64,000 nucleotides of DNA from an uncultured Gemmatimonadales bacterium. Lineage in GTDB: Bacteria > Gemmatimonadota > Gemmatimonadetes > Palauibacterales > Palauibacteraceae. Numbering within the stretch: position 1 is the stretch's first letter; each line of letters starts with the position of its first letter. The notes below the pieces were generated by a model, which saw only the letters and a program-made list of their open reading frames with translations, was not told the DNA's origin and did no database searches. Of the stretch, positions 11,364-21,503 are shown one piece after another. The stretch covers positions 717,154-781,153 of the forward strand of contig CAWANJ010000001.1 of assembly GCA_963783385.1 (NCBI GenBank), in the 5' to 3' direction. The translations under genes and the position numbers were made by a program.

Positions 11364-12698
11364 TCACGACGCCATCCCGAGCGCGCGGTCCAGGTCCCAG
11401 AGGATGTCGTCGATGTCCTCGAGGCCGATCGAGATGCGCACCATGTCCGGCGTGACCCCCGTCGCCAGCAGGTCGTCGTCGGAGAGCTGCTGGTGGGTGG
11501 TCGAGGCCGGGTGGATGACCAGCGTGCGGACGTCCCCCACGTTGGCCAGGTGGCTGATCATCGACAGCGACTCGATGAAGCGCGCCCCCGCCTCGCGGCC
11601 CCCGGCCACGCCGAAGGTGAAGATCCCGCCGCCCGGCCCGTTCGGCATGTAGCGCAGCGCGAGCTCGTGGTCGGGCGAGTCGGGCAGCCCGGCGTAGCGC
11701 ACCCAGGCGACCCCGGGGTGCTCGGACAGCCACTCGGCCACCGCCGTCGCGCCGCGCACGTGCGCGTCCATGCGCACCGGCAGCGTCTCGAGCCCCTGCA
11801 GGAACATGAACGCGTTGAAGGGGGAGAGGCAGGCGCCGATGTCGCGGAGCTGCTCGGCGCGGAGCTTCGTGCAGAAGGCGTACTCGCCGAAGTTCCCCCA
11901 CCAGCGGAGGTCCCTGTAGCTGGGGATCTCCTCGGTCAGGTGCGGGAAGCGCCCCGAGTCCCACGGGAAGGTCCCCGACTCGACCGCCACCCCCCCGATC
12001 GTGGTGCCGTTGCCGGCGATGTACTTGGTGGCCGAGTGCACCACGATGTCCGCCCCGTGCTCGATGGGGCGGCACAGGTAGGGGCTGGCGAAGGTGTTGT
12101 CCACCACGAGCGGGAGGCCGTCGGCGTGCGCCATCTCGGCGAGGGGGGCCAGGTCGGCCATGGCGCCCGACGGGTTCCCGATCGTCTCGGTGTAGACGAG
12201 CTTCGTCTCGGGCCGCACCTGGCTCGCGAACGCGTCCGGATCCCGGCCGTCCACGAACGTGCAGTCGATCCCCAGGCGGCGGAGGGTGACGTTGAACTGG
12301 TTGTAGGTGCCGCCGTACAGGGCCGAGCTGGCCAGGATGTGGTCTCCCGCGTCGGCGAGAGCCGCCACGACGAGGAACTCGGCCGCCTGCCCGCTGGCCG
12401 CGGCCACGCCCCCGATCCCCCCCTCCAGGCTGGCCATGCGCTCCTCGAACGCCGACACGGTGGGGTTCGAGATACGGGTGTAGATGTGCCCGTACTTCTG
12501 GAGCGCGAACAGGTCGGCCGCGTCCTTCGTGTCCTCGAACACGAAGGACGTGGTCTGGTAGATCGGGACGTTGCGGGCGCCGGTCGTGGGGTCGGGGCGC
12601 GCCCCGGCGTGGATGGCCCGCGTGCGGAAGCCCCACGCCCGGTCCTGGGGGGCTCCGGAGCCCGCGCCGCGCTCGCCTGTGCCGGAAGGTCCGCTCAC
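11364..12698 (-). CDS. metY: O-acetylhomoserine aminocarboxypropyltransferase
   Basis: PIYQTTSF, YTRISNPT, HSATKY PLP lysine, HLANVGD, HPASTTHQQL. Confidence 0.9.
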   Translation of the reverse strand: MSGPSGTGERGAGSGAPQDRAWGFRTRAIHAGARPDPTTGARNVPIYQTTSFVFEDTKDAADLFALQKYGHIYTRISNPTVSAFEERMASLEGGIGGVAAASGQAAEFLVVAALADAGDHILASSALYGGTYNQFNVTLRRLGIDCTFVDGRDPDAFASQVRPETKLVYTETIGNPSGAMADLAPLAEMAHADGLPLVVDNTFASPYLCRPIEHGADIVVHSATKYIAGNGTTIGGVAVESGTFPWDSGRFPHLTEEIPSYRDLRWWGNFGEYAFCTKLRAEQLRDIGACLSPFNAFMFLQGLETLPVRMDAHVRGATAVAEWLSEHPGVAWVRYAGLPDSPDHELALRYMPNGPGGGIFTFGVAGGREAGARFIESLSMISHLANVGDVRTLVIHPASTTHQQLSDDDLLATGVTPDMVRISIGLEDIDDILWDLDRALGMAS

Positions 12699-12804
12699 CA
12701 CATCTCCTCGGAAGTCTCGCCCGGGTCGGGCCGAACGGGAACCGCCAACCTGCCGCCGGCCGGCGGAGGCTGCAAGCCGGGACCGCGTCCCGGGGAGGGG
12801 GCCC

Positions 12805-13587
12805 TCACGCCCCGGCGTGCGCCGCCAGGAACCAGCCCACCGCAGCACCCGCGCAGGTGCCGGCCAGATTGACCACGTCGTTCCCCACCCACCGCACGCG
12901 CCGCTCCAGCGTGGCGCCGAGGAGGGAGTCGACCGACATCCCCGTCGCCCCCGCCACCAGCGAGGCGAGGGCGGCGCGGGGCGCGGGCGGGCCGCCCAGG
13001 GCGCCCCACAGGAGCCCGAGGGCGACCGCTCCGGCCAGCCCGGCCGCCGTCCCGGCCACGGACAGACCGCCCGAGTGGCCGGGCGACACCCGCTCGCCGG
13101 TGGTGATGAGCCAGGTCGGCCCGGCCGCCGTGCGCCCGAGCTCCGAGGCCCAGGTGTCCGCAGTGGCCGCGGCCAGGGCGCCGGCCACCGCGCCCACCGC
13201 GGCCGCGATCCCGAAGGCGCCGGCCACCAGCGCGGCCACGGAGGCCGCCGCCCCGTTGGCCAGCACCTGCCGCCCGTTCCGTGGAGAGCGGTGGTGGGGG
13301 ACACGGCGATGGTAGTCGGCCCGCGCCCGCCAGCGCCGCAGGCGCGTCAAAGCCGACGAAGTCACGAAGAAGAACAGGAGGAGGCCGACGCCGGCCGGGC
13401 CGGCGCCCCACCACACCGCCGCGCCGACCAGCGCCGCCACCGGCAGCGCCCCCCAGGTGAGCCACGCGCGGCCCCAGGCCAGCCCCAGGCTGCCGAGCGC
13501 CGCCGCCAGGACCACGCCGTCCGCCGGGCTCAGGCTGGCCTCCGGGCCGGAGCTTGCCGCCGGACGGTGGGGGGCATAGCCTTCCAA
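12805..13587 (-). CDS. DUF92 integral membrane protein
   Basis: RNGRQVLANG, ADTWASELG, DSLLGATLE, NDVVN motifs. Confidence 0.85.
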   Translation of the reverse strand: MEGYAPHRPAASSGPEASLSPADGVVLAAALGSLGLAWGRAWLTWGALPVAALVGAAVWWGAGPAGVGLLLFFFVTSSALTRLRRWRARADYHRRVPHHRSPRNGRQVLANGAAASVAALVAGAFGIAAAVGAVAGALAAATADTWASELGRTAAGPTWLITTGERVSPGHSGGLSVAGTAAGLAGAVALGLLWGALGGPPAPRAALASLVAGATGMSVDSLLGATLERRVRWVGNDVVNLAGTCAGAAVGWFLAAHAGA

Positions 13588-13592
13588 CCGCC

Positions 13593-14255
13593 ATGACCGA
13601 AGGCCCTTCCCGCGCCCCGAACCCGCTCGAAGAGATCAGCGCCTCGCCCCTCGTGGCCCTGGCGCTGCTGGAAGCCATGCGCTCGGCGGACACGCCGATC
13701 GAGACCCTCGAGGACGAGAATGTCCAGCGCAGCCTTCCGCGCCGCTTCGGCCTGAGTGACGTGGTCGAGGGCCAGATCCGCCGCTTCGGCGAGCTCACCG
13801 ACCGCGGCGGCACGACGCACGCCCAGCAGCTGGCCGACCTGTTCGCGCTGGTGGACCGGCGCACCGACGCGCCGATCGTGTTCGGGCGGGCGGGACGGTG
13901 GCTGGTAGCTCACGAGGTGACCCGGGGCAAGGAGCGCGCCGGGGTGGCCCGGCTCCCGATCCCGGGGGCCATGCGGCGGCGCCTGGCCCTGCGCTCGGCG
14001 CGCAGCGTGGCGACCCTGGTGAGCCCCGGCTCGGTGGTCGCCACCGAGCGCGACCCGATGGCCCTGTCGGTGGCCGGCTGCCTGCCCGCATACGCGTGCG
14101 GGACCTCCACGGGATGCCAGCTCATCACGGCCGCCTTCGCCGCCGCGCTCGCCGCGTTCGACGTGGAGGAGGCCCGCGACGACCGGGACCCCGTGTCCCA
14201 CCCGCTGTGCGAGTCGCGGGGCGACGCGGCCTGCATCTGGCGCGTCTCGGAGTGA
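13593..14255 (+). CDS. Hypothetical protein with V4R-like C-terminus
   Basis: C-terminal HPLCESRGDAAC motif. Confidence 0.6.
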   Translation: MTEGPSRAPNPLEEISASPLVALALLEAMRSADTPIETLEDENVQRSLPRRFGLSDVVEGQIRRFGELTDRGGTTHAQQLADLFALVDRRTDAPIVFGRAGRWLVAHEVTRGKERAGVARLPIPGAMRRRLALRSARSVATLVSPGSVVATERDPMALSVAGCLPAYACGTSTGCQLITAAFAAALAAFDVEEARDDRDPVSHPLCESRGDAACIWRVSE

Positions 14256-14271
14256 GCCGCCGGCCGCGCGG

Positions 14272-15150
14272 CTAGCCGCGGTCCGGGGGCGCCCCCCGGG
14301 GGTCCGCCGGCTCGGCGGCCGGCTCCACGTGCACGGTGACGCCCGAGAAGCCCCCTTCCTCCTCCAGCAGCCGCTCCACCCGGTCCGCCACCTCGTGCGC
14401 CTCCCGCACGCCCGCTTCCGGGTCCACGTGGATGGTGAGCTCGGCGAACGCCTCGCCCGGTCGGCCGCGCGAGCGGATCCCCGACGCCTGCCGCACCCCG
14501 TCCTGCTGCGTCACCAGGGCCCGGATGCGGTCGGGATGGACGGCGCGGCGGTCGACCAGGATCGGCACGGTGTCCCGGAGGATCTGGTAGCCCGAATAGG
14601 CGATGAGCACGACCACGACGAGGGCGAGCCACGCGTCGCCCTGCGTCCAGCCGCGGGCGACCAGCACCAGGCCGCCGAGCACGGCCGTCGTGATGAGCAC
14701 GTCGGCCCCCGTGTGGCGCGCGTCCGCCTGGAGGATCTCGCTCTCCAGCTTCCGGCCCATGCGCTGCTCGGTGAGCGTGACCGCGACGTTCACGGCCATG
14801 GTCCCGCCCAGGATCCAGAAGGTGCCGGCCTCGAGGTGAGGCGGGGGCGCCCCGGAGAGCAGGCGGGCGACCGCGGCGCGGGCCACTTCGAAACAGGTGA
14901 TGGACAGGAAGCTTACGATGGCCAGGGCGCCCAGCGTCTCGAACTTGCCGTGGCCGTAGGGGTGCTCGGCGTCGGCGGGCGCGGCCGCGATCCACACGGC
15001 CATGAGGGCGACGACGTTGTTGAAGGCGTCCAGCCCCGAGTCGGCCGCGATCCCGAGGACCGCCATGGAGCCGGAGTGGAGGCCCGCCGCCAGCTTGGCC
15101 GCCACCACCACCAGGTTGGCCACCAGGATCCAGGCCAGGACGAGGTTCAC
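14272..15150 (-). CDS. Cation diffusion facilitator transporter (FieF-like)
   Basis: PADAEHPYGHGKFE, ADARHTGAD, VTVHVEP motifs. Confidence 0.9.
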   Translation of the reverse strand: MNLVLAWILVANLVVVAAKLAAGLHSGSMAVLGIAADSGLDAFNNVVALMAVWIAAAPADAEHPYGHGKFETLGALAIVSFLSITCFEVARAAVARLLSGAPPPHLEAGTFWILGGTMAVNVAVTLTEQRMGRKLESEILQADARHTGADVLITTAVLGGLVLVARGWTQGDAWLALVVVVLIAYSGYQILRDTVPILVDRRAVHPDRIRALVTQQDGVRQASGIRSRGRPGEAFAELTIHVDPEAGVREAHEVADRVERLLEEEGGFSGVTVHVEPAAEPADPRGAPPDRG

Positions 15151-15245
15151 CCTGCCGCGCCGCTCGCGCGCGTTCCCCTCGCCGGCGCCGCGCCGCTCGG
15201 CCGCGCTCCGGCGCCGTTTCCCTTCGGTGGCCGATCGGACGGACG

Positions 15246-15443
15246 TCAGTCGATCTCCTTCTTCCCGCGGCCGTCGAGGATCGTCACCACCCAGTCGGCG
15301 AAGATCTCCGACGGCGAGCGGCGGCGGGCGGTGGACTCGTGCCTGTCATACAGGCCCGGGTAGCCCAGCCCCACCCACAATCCGAAGGCGAGGGCCAGCA
15401 CCATGGGGGCGATGATGAGGAAGACCTGTACCCGCTCGCTCAT
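15246..15443 (-). CDS. Small membrane protein
   Basis: 65-aa ORF with N-terminal TM helix, RBS GGGAG. Confidence 0.5.
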   Translation of the reverse strand: MSERVQVFLIIAPMVLALAFGLWVGLGYPGLYDRHESTARRRSPSEIFADWVVTILDGRGKKEID

Positions 15444-15539
15444 GGTCGTCGACTCCCGGTCCCTACTGGAATTGGCGTACGGCTCCCCGTTCGGGCAAGG
15501 CGGCGGGCCCCGCCCGGAGCGCGCCGCGCGCCCCCCGGC

Positions 15540-16181
15540 TCACACCCCGCGCGTCGCCGGGTCCCAGATGAACTTGTGGATCTGGAGGTTGAGTCGGGCC
15601 GGAAGCCCGTCCTCCAGCATCCACTCCGCCAGCTCGCGCGGCTCCATCTCCCCGAAGGAGGGGGACAGGTGTAGTACGAACCGTCCTAAATCGCGTTCCT
15701 CGACCTGGCGCCGGACCCACTCGTAGTCGGCCCGGTCGAGGACGACGAACTTGAGCTCGTCGCGGGCCGAATCGAGGCGGGCGAGGTTGGACCAGTCGTT
15801 GGACTCCGCCTCACCGCTCCCCGGGCACTTGACGTCCATGATCTTGACCACCGCCTCCGGCACCCGGTCCACCGGGACGCTGCCGCTCGTCTCGCACAGG
15901 ACCGTGTAGCCCGCGTCCAGGAGCCGCCGCGCCAGCTCGCCAATGTCGTGCTGGAGGAGCGGCTCGCCTCCCGTGAGCTCGACCAGCCGGCACCCGCCGC
16001 CCAGGCGGCCGACCTCGGCCACGATCTCGTCCACCGACAGCTCCTCGCCCCCGTGGAAGGCGTAGGCCGTGTCGCACCACACGCACCGGAGGTTGCAGCC
16101 GGTGGTGCGAACGAAGATGCAGGGCCGGCCGGCGTAGCTGGACTCGCCCTGGATGGACAGGAAGATCTCGGTGATGCGCAT
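15540..16181 (-). CDS. queE: 7-carboxy-7-deazaguanine synthase (radical SAM)
   Basis: EIFLSIQGE, GCNLRCVWCDT, LTGGEPLLQ, LQIHKFIW. Confidence 0.92.
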   Translation of the reverse strand: MRITEIFLSIQGESSYAGRPCIFVRTTGCNLRCVWCDTAYAFHGGEELSVDEIVAEVGRLGGGCRLVELTGGEPLLQHDIGELARRLLDAGYTVLCETSGSVPVDRVPEAVVKIMDVKCPGSGEAESNDWSNLARLDSARDELKFVVLDRADYEWVRRQVEERDLGRFVLHLSPSFGEMEPRELAEWMLEDGLPARLNLQIHKFIWDPATRGV

Positions 16182-16330
16182 CGAGGGAAATTACCCGCCC
16201 GCGGCGGCGGCGGTCCCGGGCGGCAGGGTGGGGGCCCTCCCGCGACTATCGAGACAAGCCATGGCTTGCATCCGCCTCACATATTGACAAGCTATTACTT
16301 GCGCACATCCCAACAAGACGCTATCTATAC

Positions 16331-16357
16331 CTTGCGCGTATAGCACATATGCGCAAG
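16331..16357. promoter_or_regulatory. Imperfect palindrome, candidate operator in the AT-rich leader of the XRE/Fic pair
   Basis: CTTGCGCGTAT-AGCAC-ATATGCGCAAG; TTGACA near 16284. Confidence 0.45.
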
Positions 16358-16412
16358 CCATCACTTGCTCCCATCAGGACCCGGCGTCTGGAATCATTCA
16401 GGACACGACACG

Positions 16413-16895
16413 ATGACTGATGCACAGAACCCTGTACGAGAGCTGGCTCGCCGACAACTCGACCAGCGACTGGAGCGCGTACGAGACGTCCTGCCCGATC
16501 TCCGCGCACCGGGGGGCGGATGGATCGGTACCCTGCGGTCCGCCCTCGGGATGAGCCAGGAGGACCTGGCGCGACGCCTGGGAGTGACGCGTCAAGCGAT
16601 CAGCCAGCTCGAGCACCGAGAGGTGGAGGGGTCCGCCACCCTGAACGCCCTCAAGGCGGCGGCAGAAGCCCTCGAAGGCGAGCTCGCGTACACCATCGTG
16701 CCCGCGCGCTCCATCCAGGAGACACTGGAGGCGCGCGCCCGGGATCTCGCGCTCGGCATGCTCGAGTCGGTCCGCCATACGATGCGGTTGGAGGACCAGG
16801 AGCCCGACGTGGACCTCGAGGCACGTCTCGAACGACTGACGAACGAGCTGCTCGCCTCGCCGGAGAAGCTCTGGTCGCAGCCGGATGACGCCTGA
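16413..16895 (+). CDS. XRE-family HTH protein (mobile mystery protein A type)
   Basis: GWIGTLRSALGMSQEDLARRLGV...HTMRLEDQ pattern, overlaps the Fic gene. Confidence 0.85.
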   Translation: MTDAQNPVRELARRQLDQRLERVRDVLPDLRAPGGGWIGTLRSALGMSQEDLARRLGVTRQAISQLEHREVEGSATLNALKAAAEALEGELAYTIVPARSIQETLEARARDLALGMLESVRHTMRLEDQEPDVDLEARLERLTNELLASPEKLWSQPDDA

Positions 16896-17481
16896 CCTTC
16901 CACAGGGGACCACTCCCCTGGATCCGGACGAGGCCGAGGGCCTGCGGTTTCCGCACGTGAGGACGCGCCGTGAGCTCGACGAGCTGGAGGAGGCGAACGT
17001 CCAGTCGGGCCTCGAGTGGGCCCGCGACCGGGCCGTGATGGGGAGGCGTACGACGGACGTGCTTAGCGAGGAATTCCTTTACGAGCTGCACCGGAGAATG
17101 TTCGGGGAGGTGTGGGACTGGGCCGGGGCGTCACGCCGAACCGACAAGAACATCGGAATCGACAAGTTCGAGGTTCCGCAGGAGGTCCGAAAGCTGATCC
17201 AGGACGCGCGCCACTGGCGAGAGCACCGCGTCTACGACGCCGACGAACTCGCGGTCCGGCTGCATCATCGACTCACGCAAATCCACCCGTTCCCCAACGG
17301 CAACGGACGCCACGCCCGGATGATGGCGGACCTGGTCGCGCAGCAGCTCGGACGCCCGTCCTTCTCGTGGGGAGGACGCAGCCTCACCACGACGTCGGAG
17401 CTTCGGCGATCCTACATCGCGGCATTGCAGGAGGCCGACGGCGGCGACCTCGACCCCCTGATCTCGTTCGCCCGCTCCTGA
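16885..17481 (+). CDS. Fic-domain protein (mobile mystery protein B type)
   Basis: TPLDPDE start, HPFPNGNGRHAR Fic motif. Confidence 0.88.
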   Translation: MTPDLPQGTTPLDPDEAEGLRFPHVRTRRELDELEEANVQSGLEWARDRAVMGRRTTDVLSEEFLYELHRRMFGEVWDWAGASRRTDKNIGIDKFEVPQEVRKLIQDARHWREHRVYDADELAVRLHHRLTQIHPFPNGNGRHARMMADLVAQQLGRPSFSWGGRSLTTTSELRRSYIAALQEADGGDLDPLISFARS

Positions 17482-17569
17482 CGCTTCTGAGGCCGACCTG
17501 CGCTCGGGGGCGATCGGCCTCCGGCTGCAATAGCGCCGGGCGCCGACGTGCGGCCGACCGTCCGCTCCC

Positions 17570-19791
17570 TCAGGCCTGCGGCAGCACCGGCAGCTCGCGG
17601 ACCCGGGTCCCGGTGAGCGCGAACCAGGCGTTGGTGAGCGCCGGGGCCGCGGGCGGGAGGGCCGGCTCGCCGACCCCGCCCGGGTCCTCGCGGCTGTCCA
17701 CGATGTGGACGTCGACCGCGGGCGCCTCGTCCATGCGCAGGAGCGGGTAGCCGCCGAAGTTCCCCTGCACCACGCTTCCCTCCCGGAGCGTGATCTTCCC
17801 GTACAGGGCGGCGGCGAGCCCCGCGATCACCGAGCCGGCGTATTGCGACTCGACAATGTTGGGGTGGACGACGATGCCGCAGTCGGCCACCACGGTCACC
17901 CGGTGCACGCGCGGCTGGCCGTTCTCGCTGGAGACCTCGGCGATCTCCGCCACCCGGCCGCCCTTGTCGCGCACGAGGGCGACGCCGCGGGCCCGGCCGG
18001 CCGGGAGCGGCTTCCCCCAGCCCGCCCGCTCGGCGGCCATCTCCAGCACGCGCTTCACGCGCGGCTCGCCGTCCAGGAGCTCGAGCCGGAACTCGACCGG
18101 GTCGCGCCCGGCGGCGTGGGCGAGCTCGTCGACGAAGCTCTCCATGACCCACGTGTTCTGGGAGGGGCCCACCGAGCGCCAGTAGCCGGTCGGCACCGGG
18201 ATGCCCGAGTAGCGGTAGTCGACCCGGAGGTTGGGGATCGAGTAGGCGCTGTTCGCGATGCCGTCCACCGCGCTCCGGTTCACCTCGCCCGCGCGGCCGC
18301 GGCCGTCCTGCACCCCAATGGGCGGGGCGGCCACGCGCGCGTCGAGGGCCGAGAGGCGCCCCTTCGCATCGACCGCGCCCTGCATGCGGTAGTGGCTGAT
18401 GGGCCGGTACTCGTCGTGGCGCATGTCCTCCTCGCGCGTCCACACGAGCTGCACCGGCGCGCCGACCGCCTTGGCGGTCTCGACCGCGTCCCTCACGTAG
18501 TCGACGCTGCCGCGCCGGCCCCAGCCGCAGCCGACGAAGGTCACGTGCACGTCCACGTTCGGACACGTCGAGGCCGGTGACGTCGGCCGCCACGCGCTGG
18601 GCGCCCTGCGGGTTCTGGGTGGAGGCCCACACCTCGCAGCGGCCCTTCTCCACCCGGGCCGTGGTCACCATGGGCTCCATGGTGGCGTGGGCCAGGTAGG
18701 GGGTGACGTAGCGCGCCTGGACCCGGTGCGCGCCCGAGGCGAGCGCGCTCGGCCACGTCGCCGTCGTTCCTGGCCACCGCGGCCTTCGACCCCTCGAGCA
18801 GCCCGTCGAGCTCGGCGGCGATCGCCTTCGAGTCCATGCCGAAGCCGCCGTCCTTCCAGGTGGCCTCCAGCGCCTCGGCGCCGCGGAAGGCGGCCCACGT
18901 GTGGTCGGCCACCACGGCGAGGCCCGCCGAGATCGGGACGACCTTGCGGACGCCCGGCACCGCCAGCGCCTTCGACGCGTCGAAGCTCCCGACCGCGTCG
19001 CCGAAGCGGGGCGGGTGGACGACCGTGGCCTGCAGCATCCCGTCCACGCGCACGTCCGCCCCGAAGTCGGCCTTCCCCCGCACCTTGGCGGGCGTATCCC
19101 GCCGGGCGGGGCTGGTGCCGATGAGGGTGAACCCCGAGGGGTCCTTGAGCTTCGGGTCGGCCGGCACGGACAGCCTCGCGGCCTCTTCGGCGAGCTCGCC
19201 GTAGCCGAGCGAGCGGCCGGACGCTCCGTGCGTGACCCGGCCCTTCGAGGTAGCGCACTGGCCCGCCGGGACGCCCCAGCGCTTCGCCGCGGCGGCCACG
19301 AGCATGGCGCGCGCCGCCGCGCCGGCCTTCCGCAGGTTGAGCCACGCGCCGTTCCGCACGCTCGAGCTCCCGACCGTGGTCTGGCGGCCGTACTTGTGGG
19401 GGTCGGCCCCCGCCTGCTGGATGCGGACCGAGTCCCAGTCGGCGTCCAGCTCCTCGGCCACCAGCATCGGAAGCGCCGTGAGCACTCCCTGCCCCATCTC
19501 GGCCCGCGCCATCCAGATGATGACGCTACCGTCGGTGGCCACCTGCACGAAGGCGTTGAGGGTGGCGGCGTCCGCCGCGTCCGCGCCCTCCGCGTCTCCG
19601 GCCGTCTCCCACGCTTTCAGCCCGCGCGGGAAGGCGACGCCGAGCACGAGCCCGCCGCCGGCCATGGCGCCGAGCTTCACGAAGTCGCGCCGGTCGAGCT
19701 TGAAGACGCCGGACGAGCCGGCCGCGACGGCGGTCCCGGCGGCCGGGTCGATGTCGGGAACGAGGGGCCTGACCTCCGGTTCGCGCTCCAT
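17570..19791 (-). CDS. Molybdopterin-binding subunit of a xanthine dehydrogenase/isoquinoline 1-oxidoreductase-family enzyme; indels near 18745 and 18560
   Basis: Tat motif DRRDFVK, EMGQGV, HATMEP, WTREEDM, GGVGEP in three successive frames. Confidence 0.88.
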
Positions 19792-19795
19792 GGCC

Positions 19796-20263
19796 CTAAC
19801 CCTCCTTCCCGTCGCCCGCGGCGCGGTGGATCGCCTTCCGGATGCGGTCGTAGGTCCCGCAGCGGCACAGGTTGCCGGACATGGCCTGGTCGATGTCGTC
19901 GTCGGTGGGCGAGGAGGTCCGCGCCAGGAGCGCGGCCGCCGACATGATCTGGCCCGGCTGGCAGTAGCCGCACTGGGGGACGTCCTCTTCGACCCAGGCG
20001 CGCTGCACCGGGTGCGAGCCGTCCTCCGACAGCCCCTCGATCGTGGTCACCTCGGCCCGTCCCACGGCCGACACCGGCGTCACGCAGGAGCGCACGGCGT
20101 TCCCGCCCATGTGGACCGTGCAGGCCCCGCACTGCGACACCCCGCAGCCGTACTTGGTGCCCGTGAGCCCGAGGAGGTCGCGGAGCACCCAGAGGAGCGG
20201 CATGTCGGGGGGCGCGTCCACCGGGTGCGAGGATCCGTTGACGCGAAGCGTGAAGCGGGCCAT
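19796..20263 (-). CDS. 2Fe-2S subunit of the same oxidoreductase
   Basis: [32 protein letters not shown]. Confidence 0.93.
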   Translation of the reverse strand: MARFTLRVNGSSHPVDAPPDMPLLWVLRDLLGLTGTKYGCGVSQCGACTVHMGGNAVRSCVTPVSAVGRAEVTTIEGLSEDGSHPVQRAWVEEDVPQCGYCQPGQIMSAAALLARTSSPTDDDIDQAMSGNLCRCGTYDRIRKAIHRAAGDGKEG

Positions 20264-20514
20264 GAGGCCTCCAGCGCTGGTAGCCGGCGTGCGGCGGGCA
20301 GGGGGCGGCGATGCGCCGCTCCCATCGCCCGGTCCTGCCCGTTCAGGATGGTCCGGAACGCGGGGCAGGAGCAAGGGGAGAGGGGCGGACGGGGGGCCGC
20401 GCGCGCTCGTCCGGGGCGGCCCGCCTTTCGCATCGTCCGTCATCGACCGGGCGGCACACGAACACGGCGAGGCCGTGTGCCCGGACCCGCGATCCACGAC
20501 CCGAGAGGAGAGCC

Positions 20515-21342
20515 ATGAACTACGCCGAGCGGTTCCGCGTCGAGCCCGGGAGCCGGGTGGACCTGTCGTCGATCGACCCGGGCTTCCGCGGCGACGAGTC
20601 GAAGGGCGACGCGAAGGAGGCGCTGGAGGGGGACCGAGACCGCCTGCGCGAGCTGCAGGGCCTCCTGTACGCCGGCGACCGGCACTCCCTCCTCCTCTGC
20701 CTTCAGGGTATGGACACGGCCGGCAAGGATGGCACGATCAACCACGTGTTCAGCGCCATGAACCTGCAGGGCTGCCGCGTGGTGAACTTCCGGCAGCCCT
20801 CGGCCGAGGAGCTGGCGCACGACTTCCTGTGGCGCGTCCACCGGAAGGCGCCCGGCCGCGGTGAGGTGGTGGTGTTCAACCGCTCGCACTACGAGGACGT
20901 GCTCGTGGTGCGCGTGCACTCGCTGGTGCCCGAGGAGGTCTGGTCCCTGCGCTACGACCGGATCAACGCGTTCGAGCGCGGCCTGGCCGACCACGACACG
21001 ATCGTCCTCAAGTTCTTCCTCCACATCTCCAGGGAGGAGCAGCTCGAGCGGTTCGGGGACCGGATCGACGAGCCCGACAAGCGCTGGAAGATCAGCGAGT
21101 CCGACTACGCGGAGCGCACGCGGTGGGACGCGTACACGGAGGCGTACGAGGACGCGCTCTCCCGGTGCAGCACCGAGCGCGCTCCCTGGTACGTGATCCC
21201 CTCCGACCACAAGTGGTTCCGGAACCGGGCCATCGCGCGCATCGTGGTCGAGCGGCTGGAGGCGCTCGGCATGGGCTACCCCGAGCCCACCGTCGACCTC
21301 GAGCGCGTTCGGCGGGAGTACCACGCGGCGAAGGAGGAGTAG
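20515..21342 (+). CDS. ppk2: Polyphosphate kinase 2 family protein
   Basis: [41 protein letters not shown]. Confidence 0.92.
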   Translation: MNYAERFRVEPGSRVDLSSIDPGFRGDESKGDAKEALEGDRDRLRELQGLLYAGDRHSLLLCLQGMDTAGKDGTINHVFSAMNLQGCRVVNFRQPSAEELAHDFLWRVHRKAPGRGEVVVFNRSHYEDVLVVRVHSLVPEEVWSLRYDRINAFERGLADHDTIVLKFFLHISREEQLERFGDRIDEPDKRWKISESDYAERTRWDAYTEAYEDALSRCSTERAPWYVIPSDHKWFRNRAIARIVVERLEALGMGYPEPTVDLERVRREYHAAKEE

Positions 21343-21503
21343 CTCGGGGGGAGGACGGCGAGCCGCCGCGGAGCTGCGTGCCCTCGCGGTCTCTCCGCAC
21401 CTCCGGGGGCTCCACGGCACAGCCCACGCCATGACGCTCCGATGACGCCCCGCCGGAGGGATGGGGTTCGGAAACGCGTCCCGGGAGGCACCCGGGACGA
21501 CGG

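Noticed and set aside
8210-19791. Frameshifts in leuS and the molybdo-subunit (also the S9 peptidase, IS3 orfB and IS256) as programmed recoding or pseudogenes
   Set aside because: leuS is essential and indels are scattered through unrelated genes, so sequencing or assembly error is the simplest explanation
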